A DNA stretch of 64,000 bases. It comes from Candidatus Cloacimonadota bacterium (GTDB lineage Bacteria > Cloacimonadota > Cloacimonadia > G963667145). Made by a program: the position numbers and the translations under genes. Shown here piece after piece: positions 9,501 to 19,402 of this stretch (the stretch's first letter is position 1; every line of letters begins with the position of its first letter). The stretch lies in NCBI GenBank assembly GCA_963676615.1, contig OY781092.1:768001-832000 (forward strand), given 5' to 3'. The notes under the pieces are model-generated. The model saw only the letters and a list, made by a program, of their open reading frames with translations, had not been told where the DNA came from and made no database searches.

Positions 9501-10715
9501 CTACGACCGATAATCGGCGTTTATCTTGATGTAATCGTAGCTAAGATCGCAGCACCACGCAGTCGCCGAGCCGTCGCCTTGCATCAGCTCCAACAAAATT
9601 TCGATTTCCGCCTCTTGCAAAATCTTTTTCGCCTTCGCTTCGCTAAACTGAACGCCCTTGCCTTGCACAGCCAAAGCTATCTCCCCCGCATTCGAGCGAA
9701 AAGTGATGCACGCCCTGTCTGGATCAAAATCTGCACCAGAATACCCAGCGGCAGCCAGCACTCTTCCCCAATTTGCGTCTTCGCCAAAAATCGCCGTCTT
9801 CACCAAATTCGACCCGCAAATACTCTTGGCAATCGTTTTGGCGTCCTCGTGGCTCTTGGCTCCGCTCACCACAACGCTCACTAACTTGCCAGCGCCCTCG
9901 CCATCAGCGGCAATCTGCTTGGCTAAACTCACACAAACCGCCAACAAATTCTCATAAAAAATAGCAAACTCCTGACTCTGCTCGTCCTCAATTTTCGCAT
10001 TCTCCGCAAGCCCGTTCGCCAAAAGCAGCACGCTATCGTTCGTGGAAGTGTCGCCGTCCACGCTCACCATATTAAAAGACAACTCCGTTGCGTCGCTCAA
10101 AGCCTTTTGCAGCAAGCGTTTGTCGATATTCGCATCCGTGGTTATCGCCGCCAGCATCGTGCCCATATTCGGATGAATCATCCCCGAGCCTTTTGCAGCC
10201 GCACCAATTCTGACCTCTTTTCCGTTCAAAGAAAAACAAACTCCAGCCTGCTTCTCCTTTGTGTCGGTGGTCATTATTGCGCTCGCCAAGCGTTGCTCGT
10301 TCTCTTGCGACAAATTTTGGCAAACAGCCTCAATGCCAAACAAAACTTTTTCCATCGGCAACCGATAACCAATCACGCCTGTGGACATCACCATCACCTG
10401 CGAAGCAGGAATTTCCAGCGCACTGCCCATCGCTTTTGCCATTTTGCCCGCATCTTCCAGACCCTGCTCACCTGTGCAAGCGTTGGCGTTGCCGCTGTTT
10501 ATCACCACAGCCCTCGTCACAGAGCCGCGCAAAGCCGCCTGACAATATTTCACTGGCGCTGCCACAACTTTATTTTTGGTGAAAACGCCCGCACACGCAC
10601 AATCTTTTTGCGAAAAAACAACCCCTAAATCTAAACCTTTCTTCCGAATGCCAGCGCTAACAGCTCCAGCCAAAAACCCTTTCGGATAACAAACGCCCAA
10701 AAATTTCGTTTCCAT
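9501..10715 (-). CDS. argJ: Ornithine acetyltransferase / N-acetylglutamate synthase ArgJ
   Basis: NSGNANACTG, IMTTDT, KGSGMIHPNMGTML (autocleavage Thr), DGDTSTND, DANWGR. Confidence 0.97.
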   Translation of the reverse strand: METKFLGVCYPKGFLAGAVSAGIRKKGLDLGVVFSQKDCACAGVFTKNKVVAAPVKYCQAALRGSVTRAVVINSGNANACTGEQGLEDAGKMAKAMGSALEIPASQVMVMSTGVIGYRLPMEKVLFGIEAVCQNLSQENEQRLASAIMTTDTKEKQAGVCFSLNGKEVRIGAAAKGSGMIHPNMGTMLAAITTDANIDKRLLQKALSDATELSFNMVSVDGDTSTNDSVLLLANGLAENAKIEDEQSQEFAIFYENLLAVCVSLAKQIAADGEGAGKLVSVVVSGAKSHEDAKTIAKSICGSNLVKTAIFGEDANWGRVLAAAGYSGADFDPDRACITFRSNAGEIALAVQGKGVQFSEAKAKKILQEAEIEILLELMQGDGSATAWCCDLSYDYIKINADYRS

Positions 10716-10719
10716 TTCG

Positions 10720-11763
10720 CTACACTCCCGCTCTCAAGCCACTCAACCCAGCGTTTTCCTCAAACCCGCACAAAATATTCATATTCTGCACCGCTTGCCC
10801 AGCAGCACCTTTCAGCAGATTATCGATAACGCTCACCACCACCAAACGACCCACTCGCTCGTCCAAAAAAACATTCAAATGACAATCGTTGCTGCCGGCG
10901 ACATTCTTTATCTCGGGCAGCTCGCCCTCTGGCAAAAGCTGCACAAATTGCGCATCGCGGTAATATTCCAAAAAGTTCTGCCGAATCTGACTCAAATCCA
11001 CCTGTTCCAAAAGATCCAGATAAATAGTGGACAAAATTCCGCGCTTCAGCGGCAAAAGATGCGGCGTAAAACTCACCAAAACCTTTTCGCCACACAGCTT
11101 CCCCAGCTCCTGCTCAATCTCTGGAATGTGCCGATGCGACGCCACTTTATACGCCTTAAAATTTTCGTCCTGCTGACAAAAATGCACGCCCAAATTCATA
11201 CCACGCCCAGCACCACTCACGCCCGACTTGCTGTCGATAATCACGCTCGAAGTGTCCACAATCTGCATCTTCATCAACGGAGCCAGCGCCAACAAAACGC
11301 TCGTGGGGTAGCAGCCCGGATTCGCCACCAACTGCACATCCTCCAGCCTCTTTTTGTGAATTTCTGGAATATTGTAAATCGCCTGATCCAGCAAATGCTC
11401 CGCCGTGTGCTGACTGCCATACCACTTTCGATAATCTTCCACCGACTCCAAACGAAAATCTGCCCCCAAATCGATAACCTTCACATCCTCCGCCAAAAGC
11501 TCCGCGGCAATCTTCTGCGCAGGTCCCGTCGGCAACGCAATAAAAACCAAATCGCTATTTTTCGCAAGCTCCGCCGTGTCTAGCGCCTTGCACTTTTTAT
11601 CGTCAAGCCTCCCGCGAAAAACAGGATAAATCTTCGCGAAACTCTCTCCCACATAGCTTTTGGAAACCAAATCCGCAAGCTCAACCTCTGGATGCTCCAG
11701 CAAAATCCGCACCAGCTCTGCACCAGAATATCCCGTAGCGCCCACAATCGAAACCTTTAACAT
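10720..11763 (-). CDS. argC: N-acetyl-gamma-glutamyl-phosphate reductase
   Basis: GATGYSGAEL, ANPGCYPT, SGVSGAGR, DNLLKGAAGQAVQN. Start at 11763 or 11769. Confidence 0.97.
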   Translation of the reverse strand: MLKVSIVGATGYSGAELVRILLEHPEVELADLVSKSYVGESFAKIYPVFRGRLDDKKCKALDTAELAKNSDLVFIALPTGPAQKIAAELLAEDVKVIDLGADFRLESVEDYRKWYGSQHTAEHLLDQAIYNIPEIHKKRLEDVQLVANPGCYPTSVLLALAPLMKMQIVDTSSVIIDSKSGVSGAGRGMNLGVHFCQQDENFKAYKVASHRHIPEIEQELGKLCGEKVLVSFTPHLLPLKRGILSTIYLDLLEQVDLSQIRQNFLEYYRDAQFVQLLPEGELPEIKNVAGSNDCHLNVFLDERVGRLVVVSVIDNLLKGAAGQAVQNMNILCGFEENAGLSGLRAGV

Positions 11764-11799
11764 TCGCATCAAGCTCCTTTCTTAAAAAAAATCTTTAAA

Positions 11800-11830
11800 A
11801 AAAGCTACCTCAAAATCGAAAAGAGATAGC
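11800..11830 (-). terminator. Putative terminator after atpG
   Basis: gctacctc...gagatagc imperfect stem next to an A-run (U-run on the minus strand). Confidence 0.4.
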
Positions 11831-11861
11831 CCAAATTTTCACTTCAAAAGCACAACAAAAA

Positions 11862-12710
11862 CTATTCGTTAATAGCTTCGGCTCCACCCACAATATCGAT
11901 AATCTCGCCCGTAATCGCCGCCTGACGCTCCCGATTATACTTTAGCGACAAACTATCGATAATCTCGCTGGCGTTCTCCGTGGCGTTATCCATCGCCGTC
12001 ATTCTCGCGGCTTGCTCTGCAGCCGAAGACTCCAAAAGAATTCGCCAAATCTCCACCGAAATAAACTTTCTGCCCAGCTCCTCGACAATCGCATCCTCGT
12101 CTGGCTCATACAAAAAATCGGTCAGCGAAAGCCCTTCCTCGTTCGACGGCTCAATCGGAAAAAGCCCCTTAAAAATAATATCTTGCTGAATCGCCGACAC
12201 AAACTTATTGTAAATCACATCGACCTTTTCATACTCTTTGTTCAAATACAAATCCAGCACAATCTCGGTAATATCTTTGGCAACCGAAAAATCCATACTG
12301 TTAAAAAGCCCCGTAAAATCGCTATAAACCTCGCAAACTTTTTTCAGAGCCACCGTTCCGTTTTTGCCAACGCAAATAACATCAACATTTTCGTTTTCAG
12401 CAAGATGAGCCTTAACCCTTTTGACAATCTCGGAGTTAAAAGAACCGCAAAGACCACGATCGGAGGTCACTACAACCAAAGCCGACTTCCCCGTTTGCTT
12501 GTTCAAAAAAAACGGATGAATCGACTGCGAATTTTTCTTCTTCACGCACTCCAGCATTCCACCAACCAAATTCGCATACGGTCTTGCTGCCTCAATCGCC
12601 TCTTGCGACTTGCGCAACTTGCTGGCAGCCACCATCTTCATCGCATTTGTGATTTGCCGCGTGGACTTTACACCCTCGATTCTATTCTTGATAGCCTTCA
12701 GATTACCCAT
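11862..12710 (-). CDS. atpG: F0F1 ATP synthase gamma subunit (stand-alone)
   Basis: ITNAMKMVAASKL, SDRGLCGSFN, ARMTAMDNATENA, RQAAITGEI. Confidence 0.96.
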   Translation of the reverse strand: MGNLKAIKNRIEGVKSTRQITNAMKMVAASKLRKSQEAIEAARPYANLVGGMLECVKKKNSQSIHPFFLNKQTGKSALVVVTSDRGLCGSFNSEIVKRVKAHLAENENVDVICVGKNGTVALKKVCEVYSDFTGLFNSMDFSVAKDITEIVLDLYLNKEYEKVDVIYNKFVSAIQQDIIFKGLFPIEPSNEEGLSLTDFLYEPDEDAIVEELGRKFISVEIWRILLESSAAEQAARMTAMDNATENASEIIDSLSLKYNRERQAAITGEIIDIVGGAEAINE

Positions 12711-12737
12711 CTATTCAACTCCTCAATTCAAAAAAAC

Positions 12738-12995
12738 TTAACTCTTCTCTTCCGCAGAAAAATCGTCAGCGGCTTGCTGGCTCTCATCGCTCTGAGACAA
12801 AAAACGGTAAAAAGGTCGAACGCTGCTAAAAATCATCAACCCCAAAATCTTCTTAAAACCAATTCTGCGCACAAACGGGAACAACTTCACGATCATCACT
12901 CCAAACGCAAAAGACGCCAGCTGCGACAGCTTAAAATCGATAAAATCCAAGTTTTTAATACCCTTATTCAACTTCTCCAAATCCCAATTTTCCAT
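12738..12995 (-). CDS. Small hypothetical membrane protein
   Basis: 85 aa, GGGAG RBS upstream, hydrophobic core, tightly packed between co-oriented genes. Confidence 0.7.
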   Translation of the reverse strand: MENWDLEKLNKGIKNLDFIDFKLSQLASFAFGVMIVKLFPFVRRIGFKKILGLMIFSSVRPFYRFLSQSDESQQAADDFSAEEKS

Positions 12996-13005
12996 ATCTT
13001 CTCCC

Positions 13006-13437
13006 TTAAAAAACCGCCAGCGTTTTTTTCTCTCTGGTTTCCGTATCGATATAATGCAACTCCAAAATCAACAAAAGAGGATCCTCCGGTTTTGACCCAG
13101 TTACTTTTGCCTCCAAAGTGTCTGTAAAAGTGTGAGTCTCAGCGGGCTTCAAAACTGTCGACAAATTTTCAAAAGCAGAGTCAATCCAACTAACAACAAC
13201 CCCTTCTCCTACGCTAGAAGAGCTAAGGCTCTGAAGCTCGACATTATCAACGCCGCTATTTATCACCGTAAAATTAAACACCGCTGTAATCGTATCGCCA
13301 CTTGTGGTTTGACTATTGCTGCTGTTCTTGATTGTCAACAAACAATCTTCTTCGCCCTCCACAGTCGTTGTGGAGCTAGAGCCCAAACAACCAGCCAAAC
13401 AAAAAATTAAACATAAAAAAATAGTTGCATTTTTCAT
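13006..13437 (-). CDS. Hypothetical lipoprotein (beta-rich)
   Basis: Signal peptide with LAGC lipobox, then a Ser/Thr-rich linker and a beta-strand pattern. Confidence 0.7.
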   Translation of the reverse strand: MKNATIFLCLIFCLAGCLGSSSTTTVEGEEDCLLTIKNSSNSQTTSGDTITAVFNFTVINSGVDNVELQSLSSSSVGEGVVVSWIDSAFENLSTVLKPAETHTFTDTLEAKVTGSKPEDPLLLILELHYIDTETREKKTLAVF

Positions 13438-13868
13438 CAATCTACCACCCTAAAATCAAGATCTTCGTCCTCGTCCGTATAATCTATCCCCAAAAATCCA
13501 CGCTCCTCAACATAAATAATCCGAACCTCTAGCTCGTGCTTTCCATACGAAAAGTTGTTGTCTAAAAAACCTTCAATCTCCACAGCCTCGCCAGCTTGCA
13601 ATTTTTGCTCCAAAAAATTTGCGCTATCAACAAGCACATCGTCCACAAGAATCTGATACTCAGGATAAGAGTAGGTCTCTCTTTTGCTTTCGTTAGCAAT
13701 TTCAAACTTATAGGTAATAGTCTTGCTACTCTTTTTGACCTCCACATAATGCTCCATTCCGTCAATAGATAAATCCTCTATTTCTAACTTAACATCGTAT
13801 TTATCTTTGGCAAACAAAAAACTGCAAAAAAACAAACCGACAAAAATCGACAAAAAAAACTTTTTCAC
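13437..13868 (-). CDS. Hypothetical secreted acidic protein (Ig/CARDB-like pattern)
   Basis: AGGAG RBS, GTG start and signal peptide MKKFFLSIFVGLFFCSFLFA. Confidence 0.7.
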   Translation of the reverse strand: MKKFFLSIFVGLFFCSFLFAKDKYDVKLEIEDLSIDGMEHYVEVKKSSKTITYKFEIANESKRETYSYPEYQILVDDVLVDSANFLEQKLQAGEAVEIEGFLDNNFSYGKHELEVRIIYVEERGFLGIDYTDEDEDLDFRVVD

Positions 13869-13931
13869 CCTACACTCCTTACAACAATTTTACCTAAATC
13901 TCGAAAAAACAAACATATTGTCAAGAGATAA

Positions 13932-13949
13932 TTTGCTAAATCTGCAACG
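13932..13949. repeat. 18-bp direct repeat, copy 1 (tttgctaaatctgcaacg)
   Basis: Exact match to 18655-18672. Confidence 0.9.
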
Positions 13950-13991
13950 ATTAAAACAAAACTATAAACCCATTGAAAAACAACTAAAGCC

Positions 13992-14019
13992 TTGACAATA
14001 AAATTCTCCAAAATAGAAT
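13992..14019 (+). promoter_or_regulatory. Sigma70-type promoter of the ABC operon
   Basis: TTGACA (13992-13997), 16-bp spacer, TAGAAT (14014-14019), 40 bp upstream of the ATG. Confidence 0.7.
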
Positions 14020-14059
14020 TCGCTAGGATAGTGAAATATTTTAACTTTAAAGGAAGTTT

Positions 14060-15574
14060 ATGGAAAAAGTACTAGAGATGAAAAATGTTTCGAAGTATTT
14101 TGCAAAGGTAGTTGCAAATTTCAAGGTAAATCTTGATTTGCATAAGGGCGAGATTTTGGCTCTATTAGGTGAGAATGGCGCAGGCAAAAGCACTATTATG
14201 AAGATTCTTTTTGGATTGTATCACCAAGACGAGGGGCAGATTTTCATTTGTGGAAAAGAAACAAAAATCGACTCTCCAAAAACCGCAATGAAGCATGGCA
14301 TTGCGATGATTCAGCAACATTTTTCTTTGGTTGAATCTCACACAGTCACTGAAAACATCATTTTAGGGCAAGTATCAGGTAAAATAGATTTAGATTTTTT
14401 TTCACAGAGAGTTCAGAATTTGATTGATAAATATGATTTCAAACTAAACCCTAGTGCTTTAATTAGAGATTTGACTGTAGGTGATCGCCAAAAAGTTGAA
14501 ATCTTGAAGGCGCTCTACCAAAAGGCACAAATTTTGATTATGGACGAGCCTTCTGCAGTCCTCACTCCTCAAGAGATAACAACACTTATCAAATTTGTCA
14601 AAGATTATGCAAAAACAGGAAACTCCGTGGTTTTTATATCACATAAGCTTAATGAAGTAATGGAAGTTTCTGATAACATTGTCATTATGAGGTCAGGTCG
14701 AGTTGTTAGTAAGGTTGCCAAATCTGAAACAAATCAAAAAAAATTAGCTAAGCTGATGGTAGGTAAAGAGATTGACCTAGTCCCACAGCGAAAAGAAAAT
14801 TATTTGCAAAAAAGTCATTTTGTGTTGGAAGTTTCAAAAGTGACGAGCATAAATAAAGAAGGAAAAAAAGTTCTAGAAAATGTTAATTTTAAAATAAGCC
14901 GCGGTGAAATTTTTGGAATTGCGGGAGTTAGTGGAAATGGGCAACAAGAGCTTTGCGAGGCTATTTACGGGGTTCGCAATATTTGTTCGGGGAAAATTAA
15001 AGTTTGTAATCAAAATTTAGAAAATATGTCTGTTTACGAAAGAATCCGCTTCGGATTAGGCTATGTCCCTTCAAATCGTCATCGCGATGCTATGATTCAA
15101 AGTATGTCAATAAAAGAGAACATGTTTTTAAAAGCTAGTTTTGAACCAAAGTGGCAAAAGCATGGACTAATTAACCAAAAAGTTCTCAAAGATTATTCTA
15201 AAGAAAGGGTTTCAAGTTTTAATGTTATTACTCCTGATGTAACTACTTCTTTGCAAAATCTTTCTGGAGGCAACCAACAAAAGGTTATTTTGGCTAGGGA
15301 GGTTGATAACGGGAAAAAATTGATAATTTTAGACCAACCAACCAGAGGCTTGGATTTGGGGGCAATCAACCAAGTCCACAAATTTGTGACGCAAGAAGCT
15401 AAACAGGGCAAAGCAATACTTCTTATTTCAACTGAACTTTCCGAAATTTTTGGATTATGTGATAGAGTTGGCGTTATTTATGAGGGCAAAATTCAAGGAA
15501 TATATGAAACCAATAAACTTACTTCCGAAAAAATTGGATTGATGATGGCTGGAGGTAAAATTGGTGAGAATTAA
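14060..15574 (+). CDS. Nucleoside/sugar ABC transporter ATP-binding protein (two fused NBDs, CUT2/NupO-like)
   Basis: GENGAGKST, ILIMDEP, LSGGNQQKV, QPTRGLD. Confidence 0.93.
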   Translation: MEKVLEMKNVSKYFAKVVANFKVNLDLHKGEILALLGENGAGKSTIMKILFGLYHQDEGQIFICGKETKIDSPKTAMKHGIAMIQQHFSLVESHTVTENIILGQVSGKIDLDFFSQRVQNLIDKYDFKLNPSALIRDLTVGDRQKVEILKALYQKAQILIMDEPSAVLTPQEITTLIKFVKDYAKTGNSVVFISHKLNEVMEVSDNIVIMRSGRVVSKVAKSETNQKKLAKLMVGKEIDLVPQRKENYLQKSHFVLEVSKVTSINKEGKKVLENVNFKISRGEIFGIAGVSGNGQQELCEAIYGVRNICSGKIKVCNQNLENMSVYERIRFGLGYVPSNRHRDAMIQSMSIKENMFLKASFEPKWQKHGLINQKVLKDYSKERVSSFNVITPDVTTSLQNLSGGNQQKVILAREVDNGKKLIILDQPTRGLDLGAINQVHKFVTQEAKQGKAILLISTELSEIFGLCDRVGVIYEGKIQGIYETNKLTSEKIGLMMAGGKIGEN

Positions 15575-16640
15575 AATAGATTGGAATTTTGATACCAGAG
15601 ACATGATTTTGACCAATTTTGGAGCAATTCTAGTAGGGCTTGCCTGCAGTGGCTTATTGCTTTTTTTCTTAAAGATTAACCCCTTTCACGCTTTTTTTGT
15701 TTCTATTCAATCTGTTTTTAACGACAACTATATGTTTGCAGAAATTTTTGTTAAATCTACACCACTGATTCTAACTGGATTAGCTTTTGCTTTTACTTAC
15801 AAAGCCAATTTATTTAATATAGGCGCACAAGGACAGTTTTATTTAGGAGTTATGACTTCTGCGGCAGTTTCTTTATGGCTAGGCGATACCATGGGAAGCT
15901 TTTTCGGATTGGTAATGGTTTTTGTCTTTTGCTCATTGATTGGTTGTCTATACGGCGGATTAATTGGTTTTTTTAAGGCAAAAAAAGGAGCAAATGAGTT
16001 TTTAATCAGTATGATGTCAACTTATGTGGCTGCGGCGTTTATGAACTACCTTTTGCGAACTCATTTAAGAGAAACGCGCGGAGAATATCCACAAACCGAT
16101 GTTATCTGCGAGGCGATACGATTACCTTTGATCTGCGGAAATACTCGTTTGCATTTTGGATTTTTACTAGCAGTATTAATTGCAATTCTACTTTGGATTT
16201 TGTTATTCAAAACACCTTTTGGCTTCCGAGTAAGAGCTGTTGGCAGCAACATTCCTGCCTCAAAACAAGCAGGCATAAACTCCGAAAAAATGACAATTTA
16301 TACATTTGCTATTTCTGGAATGATGGGAGCTTTGGCTGGATTTGTAGTTATTAATGGTTCTCAATTTATGGCAATACAGGGTTTTTATGCGGAAGTAGGG
16401 GCTCTAGGGATTGGAATCGCTATCTTGGCTAACGGAAATCCTATAGGCGTAATTTTTGCAGCGATTTTATTTGGTTTTATTCAAGTGGTTGGAGGAGAAA
16501 TGGCTATGCTAGCGAGAACACCAGACAGTTTTACCTATTTAATGCTGGGCAGTGTTACTCTTTTTGTAATTATAGCCTACTATGTTCGCAAGCAAATAAA
16601 ACTAAGACGCGAAAAGCTTAAAATGATGGAGAAAGTATGA
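15561..16640 (+). CDS. Nucleoside ABC transporter permease (BPD_transp_2)
   Basis: LFNIGAQGQ, GFRVRAVGSN..AS..AGI and multiple TM segments. Confidence 0.9.
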   Translation: MVRIKIDWNFDTRDMILTNFGAILVGLACSGLLLFFLKINPFHAFFVSIQSVFNDNYMFAEIFVKSTPLILTGLAFAFTYKANLFNIGAQGQFYLGVMTSAAVSLWLGDTMGSFFGLVMVFVFCSLIGCLYGGLIGFFKAKKGANEFLISMMSTYVAAAFMNYLLRTHLRETRGEYPQTDVICEAIRLPLICGNTRLHFGFLLAVLIAILLWILLFKTPFGFRVRAVGSNIPASKQAGINSEKMTIYTFAISGMMGALAGFVVINGSQFMAIQGFYAEVGALGIGIAILANGNPIGVIFAAILFGFIQVVGGEMAMLARTPDSFTYLMLGSVTLFVIIAYYVRKQIKLRREKLKMMEKV

Positions 16641-17545
16641 TTGAGATATTTTCCACCGCGTTAATGATGAGCACTCCACTAATGCTCGGAGCGATTGTTG
16701 AAGTTTTTTCTGAGCGAACGGGAATGATGAACACTTCTATTGAGGGAGCGTTTTTGATGGGAGCCTTTGGCGGTTTTGTCGGAGCCTTTCTTAGCAAAAG
16801 CTTGTTTGCAGGGTTTTTATTAGCTGCTTTTTGCGGTGTTTTTGTCACAGTCATATATGCCATTGTAACTGTTAGTTTTGCCCAACATCAAGTGGTTACT
16901 GGAACTGCACTCAATATTTTTGCTGTTGGACTTTCAAGTTATCTTTTTAGGGTGATTTTTGGCGTGCCCTTGATGCCTCTTAAGATAGAGCCGCTCAAAA
17001 TTTTTGCAGTTCCATTGCTAAGCAAAATCCCCTTTTTTGGTCCAATTCTATTTGAACAAAATGTGCTTACTTATGCAATCTATTTTATTATCCCTTTGTC
17101 TTATTTCATTTTATACAAAACATCCTACGGACTAACTATTCGTTCTACTGGAGAAAACCCTGAAGCCGTAGATGCAGCAGGAATTAATGTAAAAAAAGTA
17201 AGAATAACAATGCTGGCAATTTCCGGAATTTTTTGTGGAATAGCGGGAGCTTTTTATTCACTTGCTATTTTGGGAATGTTTACTTCTACAATTATTGGCG
17301 GCAGAGGTTGGATAGCCTTTGCCATTTGCTTTCTGGGAAATTGGAAGCCTTATGGTGTTGTTTATGGTGCTCTTACTTTCGGTTTAGCAGAAGCCATTGG
17401 GATTCGCTTTATGGTGAGTCAAAATATTGCTATCCCCAACGAAATTTTCATCGCCTTGCCTTATGTTTTGACCATTGTTCTCACTATTACCAGAAAATCT
17501 TTTAGCGTTCCTGCTAAACTAGGTGTTTCTTACGAAAAAGAATAA
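16637..17545 (+). CDS. Nucleoside ABC transporter permease (BPD_transp_2)
   Basis: SERTGMMNTSIEG, RSTGENPEAVDAAGINV, GRGWIA, ALPYVLT. Confidence 0.9.
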   Translation: MIEIFSTALMMSTPLMLGAIVEVFSERTGMMNTSIEGAFLMGAFGGFVGAFLSKSLFAGFLLAAFCGVFVTVIYAIVTVSFAQHQVVTGTALNIFAVGLSSYLFRVIFGVPLMPLKIEPLKIFAVPLLSKIPFFGPILFEQNVLTYAIYFIIPLSYFILYKTSYGLTIRSTGENPEAVDAAGINVKKVRITMLAISGIFCGIAGAFYSLAILGMFTSTIIGGRGWIAFAICFLGNWKPYGVVYGALTFGLAEAIGIRFMVSQNIAIPNEIFIALPYVLTIVLTITRKSFSVPAKLGVSYEKE

Positions 17546-17566
17546 AATATAAAACAGGGAGGAAAA

Positions 17567-18556
17567 ATGAAAAGAAATTTGTTAAAATTTGTCGTTTTAC
17601 TGTTACTGGGTTTGATGTTCTGCTCTTTAGGAGCAAAATCACGAAAAATGGTACTTATTTTGCCTGGACCTATCAGCGACCAAAGTTGGAATGCAGCCAA
17701 CTACGCAGGTTTGTTAGCAGCCAACGATAAGCTCGGATTAAACATTGAGTATGTGGAAAATGTTAAAGATGCAGATTTTGTTTCTATTTTAAGAAGATAC
17801 GCTTCTCGTGGCTACGAACTAATTATGGGTGCTGGTAGTCAATTTGATGTGGCAGCCAACACTGTAGCTAAAGATTTTCCCAAAACTACATTTGTTATGG
17901 TCAATGGCTCTATGGCCAACTATCCCAATGTCGCGCCTATTTTTCCAAAAGAGTATGAAGCCAGTTATTTAGCTGGAATAATTGCCGGCGAACTCAGCAA
18001 AAATGGTAAATTTGGAACAATTTCTGGCTCTATTAATGCCCCTATGAACGATCTTCTAGATGTTTATGAAAAAGTTGCTGTTGAAGGCGCAAAAAAACGC
18101 GGAATCAAAGGAGCTAAGGCTTTCAGAGCTAATGCTGATAGTTGGAGCGATGTAAACAAGGGTAAACAAATGGCAAAATCGATGATTTCCAGTAACGATG
18201 TAGATGTTATGTTTGTTTATGCAAATCAAGTTGGCTTAGGCTCGATTACTGCTTGTGAAGAAGCCAATCCTCCTGTAAATTTTGTGGGATTTTCCAGCAA
18301 TCAAAACGACATCTCTCCTGTGGTAAATGCTTCTATCCTTTTTGATTTCAAAAATTTCTATGTTTGGGCTGTAGGCAAATATCTCAAAGGAGAATTACCT
18401 GGGAAAATGGTGCATAAAGCGGGGATAAAGGAAAACATTTTCGTCCCTGTATATGACGACGGTGTGAGCAATGAACTAAAAGAGAAGGTAAGTGTTGGAA
18501 TTGAAAAAGTTAAAAATGGCAAAATTGACTTAACTGAGTACTTTTTCACAAATTAA
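17567..18556 (+). CDS. BMP/PnrA family substrate-binding protein
   Basis: PGPISDQSWN, FPKEYEASYLAG, signal peptide and GGAGG RBS. Confidence 0.9.
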   Translation: MKRNLLKFVVLLLLGLMFCSLGAKSRKMVLILPGPISDQSWNAANYAGLLAANDKLGLNIEYVENVKDADFVSILRRYASRGYELIMGAGSQFDVAANTVAKDFPKTTFVMVNGSMANYPNVAPIFPKEYEASYLAGIIAGELSKNGKFGTISGSINAPMNDLLDVYEKVAVEGAKKRGIKGAKAFRANADSWSDVNKGKQMAKSMISSNDVDVMFVYANQVGLGSITACEEANPPVNFVGFSSNQNDISPVVNASILFDFKNFYVWAVGKYLKGELPGKMVHKAGIKENIFVPVYDDGVSNELKEKVSVGIEKVKNGKIDLTEYFFTN

Positions 18557-18573
18557 ATTTTTGCTCTATTTTA

Positions 18574-18603
18574 TAAGGCTACCCTATTTAGGTAGCCTTT
18601 TTT
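18574..18603. terminator. Intrinsic terminator after the BMP gene (possibly bidirectional)
   Basis: aaggctacc-ctattta-ggtagcctt perfect 9-bp stem followed by a T-run, between convergent genes. Confidence 0.8.
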
Positions 18604-18654
18604 ATAAAAACTTTGCTTAAATTGAACAGAATTTTTTGATTATACTTAATCTCT

Positions 18655-18672
18655 TTTGCTAAATCTGCAACG
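18655..18672. repeat. 18-bp direct repeat, copy 2, overlapping the dapB 3' end and stop codon
   Basis: Exact match to 13932-13949. Confidence 0.9.
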
Positions 18673-19387
18673 CCAAAATTTCGTCAAAAACATCTTCAAA
18701 ACGGTAAAATCCTTTTTTTTGCGAAATAAATTTGGCAGCACGCAAAGCGCCCAGCGCAAAGCCTTCTCGGTTTCTGGCTGTGTGCTTTAGCTCCAGCGTA
18801 TCTGCCGCCGAATCAAAACTCACAAGGTGAGTTCCCGGAATATCCCCGCAGCGCACACTGGCAAAATGCAACTCCTTAGGGCTAATTTTTCCGTCCACTC
18901 TGCCAGTCACCAGCTTACTTTTGCGCGAAATGTTGTTCAGCAAAATCTCCGCCAAACTTTTCGCCGTTCCGCTGGGGCTGTCGATTTTTCTGTTGTGATG
19001 ATACTCCAGACCGCACACATCGTATTCGCTCACCTTGTCGAAAAGTCGCGCCGCCTCTTGCACAATCTGCATAAAAAGGTTCACGCCAACCGAAAAATTC
19101 GACGCATAAATAATATCGCCCTCTATTTTTTGCAGCGCTTGCAAATCGAAGCCAGTAGCACCAACCACCACTTTTTTACCCCAACTGCAAACTTTTTGGG
19201 CGTTCTCCACCGCAGAAGCCCCAAGCGCAAAATCTATCACAACCTGCGCATCTCGCAAATTTTCCTGGCTCAAATCTGTGCCGAGCCGCGGATCTATCTT
19301 CGCCACAACCTCGCATCCCATCTGCTGCGAGAGCGAATCAATCAATTTTCCCATCACTCCATAGCCAATCAAACCGATTTTCAACAT
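18659..19387 (-). CDS. dapB: 4-hydroxy-tetrahydrodipicolinate reductase
   Basis: GYGVMG, ASNFSVGVNL, EYHHNRKIDSPSGTA, HTARNREGFALGA. Confidence 0.95.
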   Translation of the reverse strand: MLKIGLIGYGVMGKLIDSLSQQMGCEVVAKIDPRLGTDLSQENLRDAQVVIDFALGASAVENAQKVCSWGKKVVVGATGFDLQALQKIEGDIIYASNFSVGVNLFMQIVQEAARLFDKVSEYDVCGLEYHHNRKIDSPSGTAKSLAEILLNNISRKSKLVTGRVDGKISPKELHFASVRCGDIPGTHLVSFDSAADTLELKHTARNREGFALGALRAAKFISQKKGFYRFEDVFDEILALQI

Positions 19388-19402
19388 AAAATCTCCTTAA
19401 AA

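Noticed and set aside
9093..10715. Co-occurrence of argJ and a short argA-like GNAT as a novelty
   Set aside because: This is a known arrangement in bacteria with monofunctional ArgJ.
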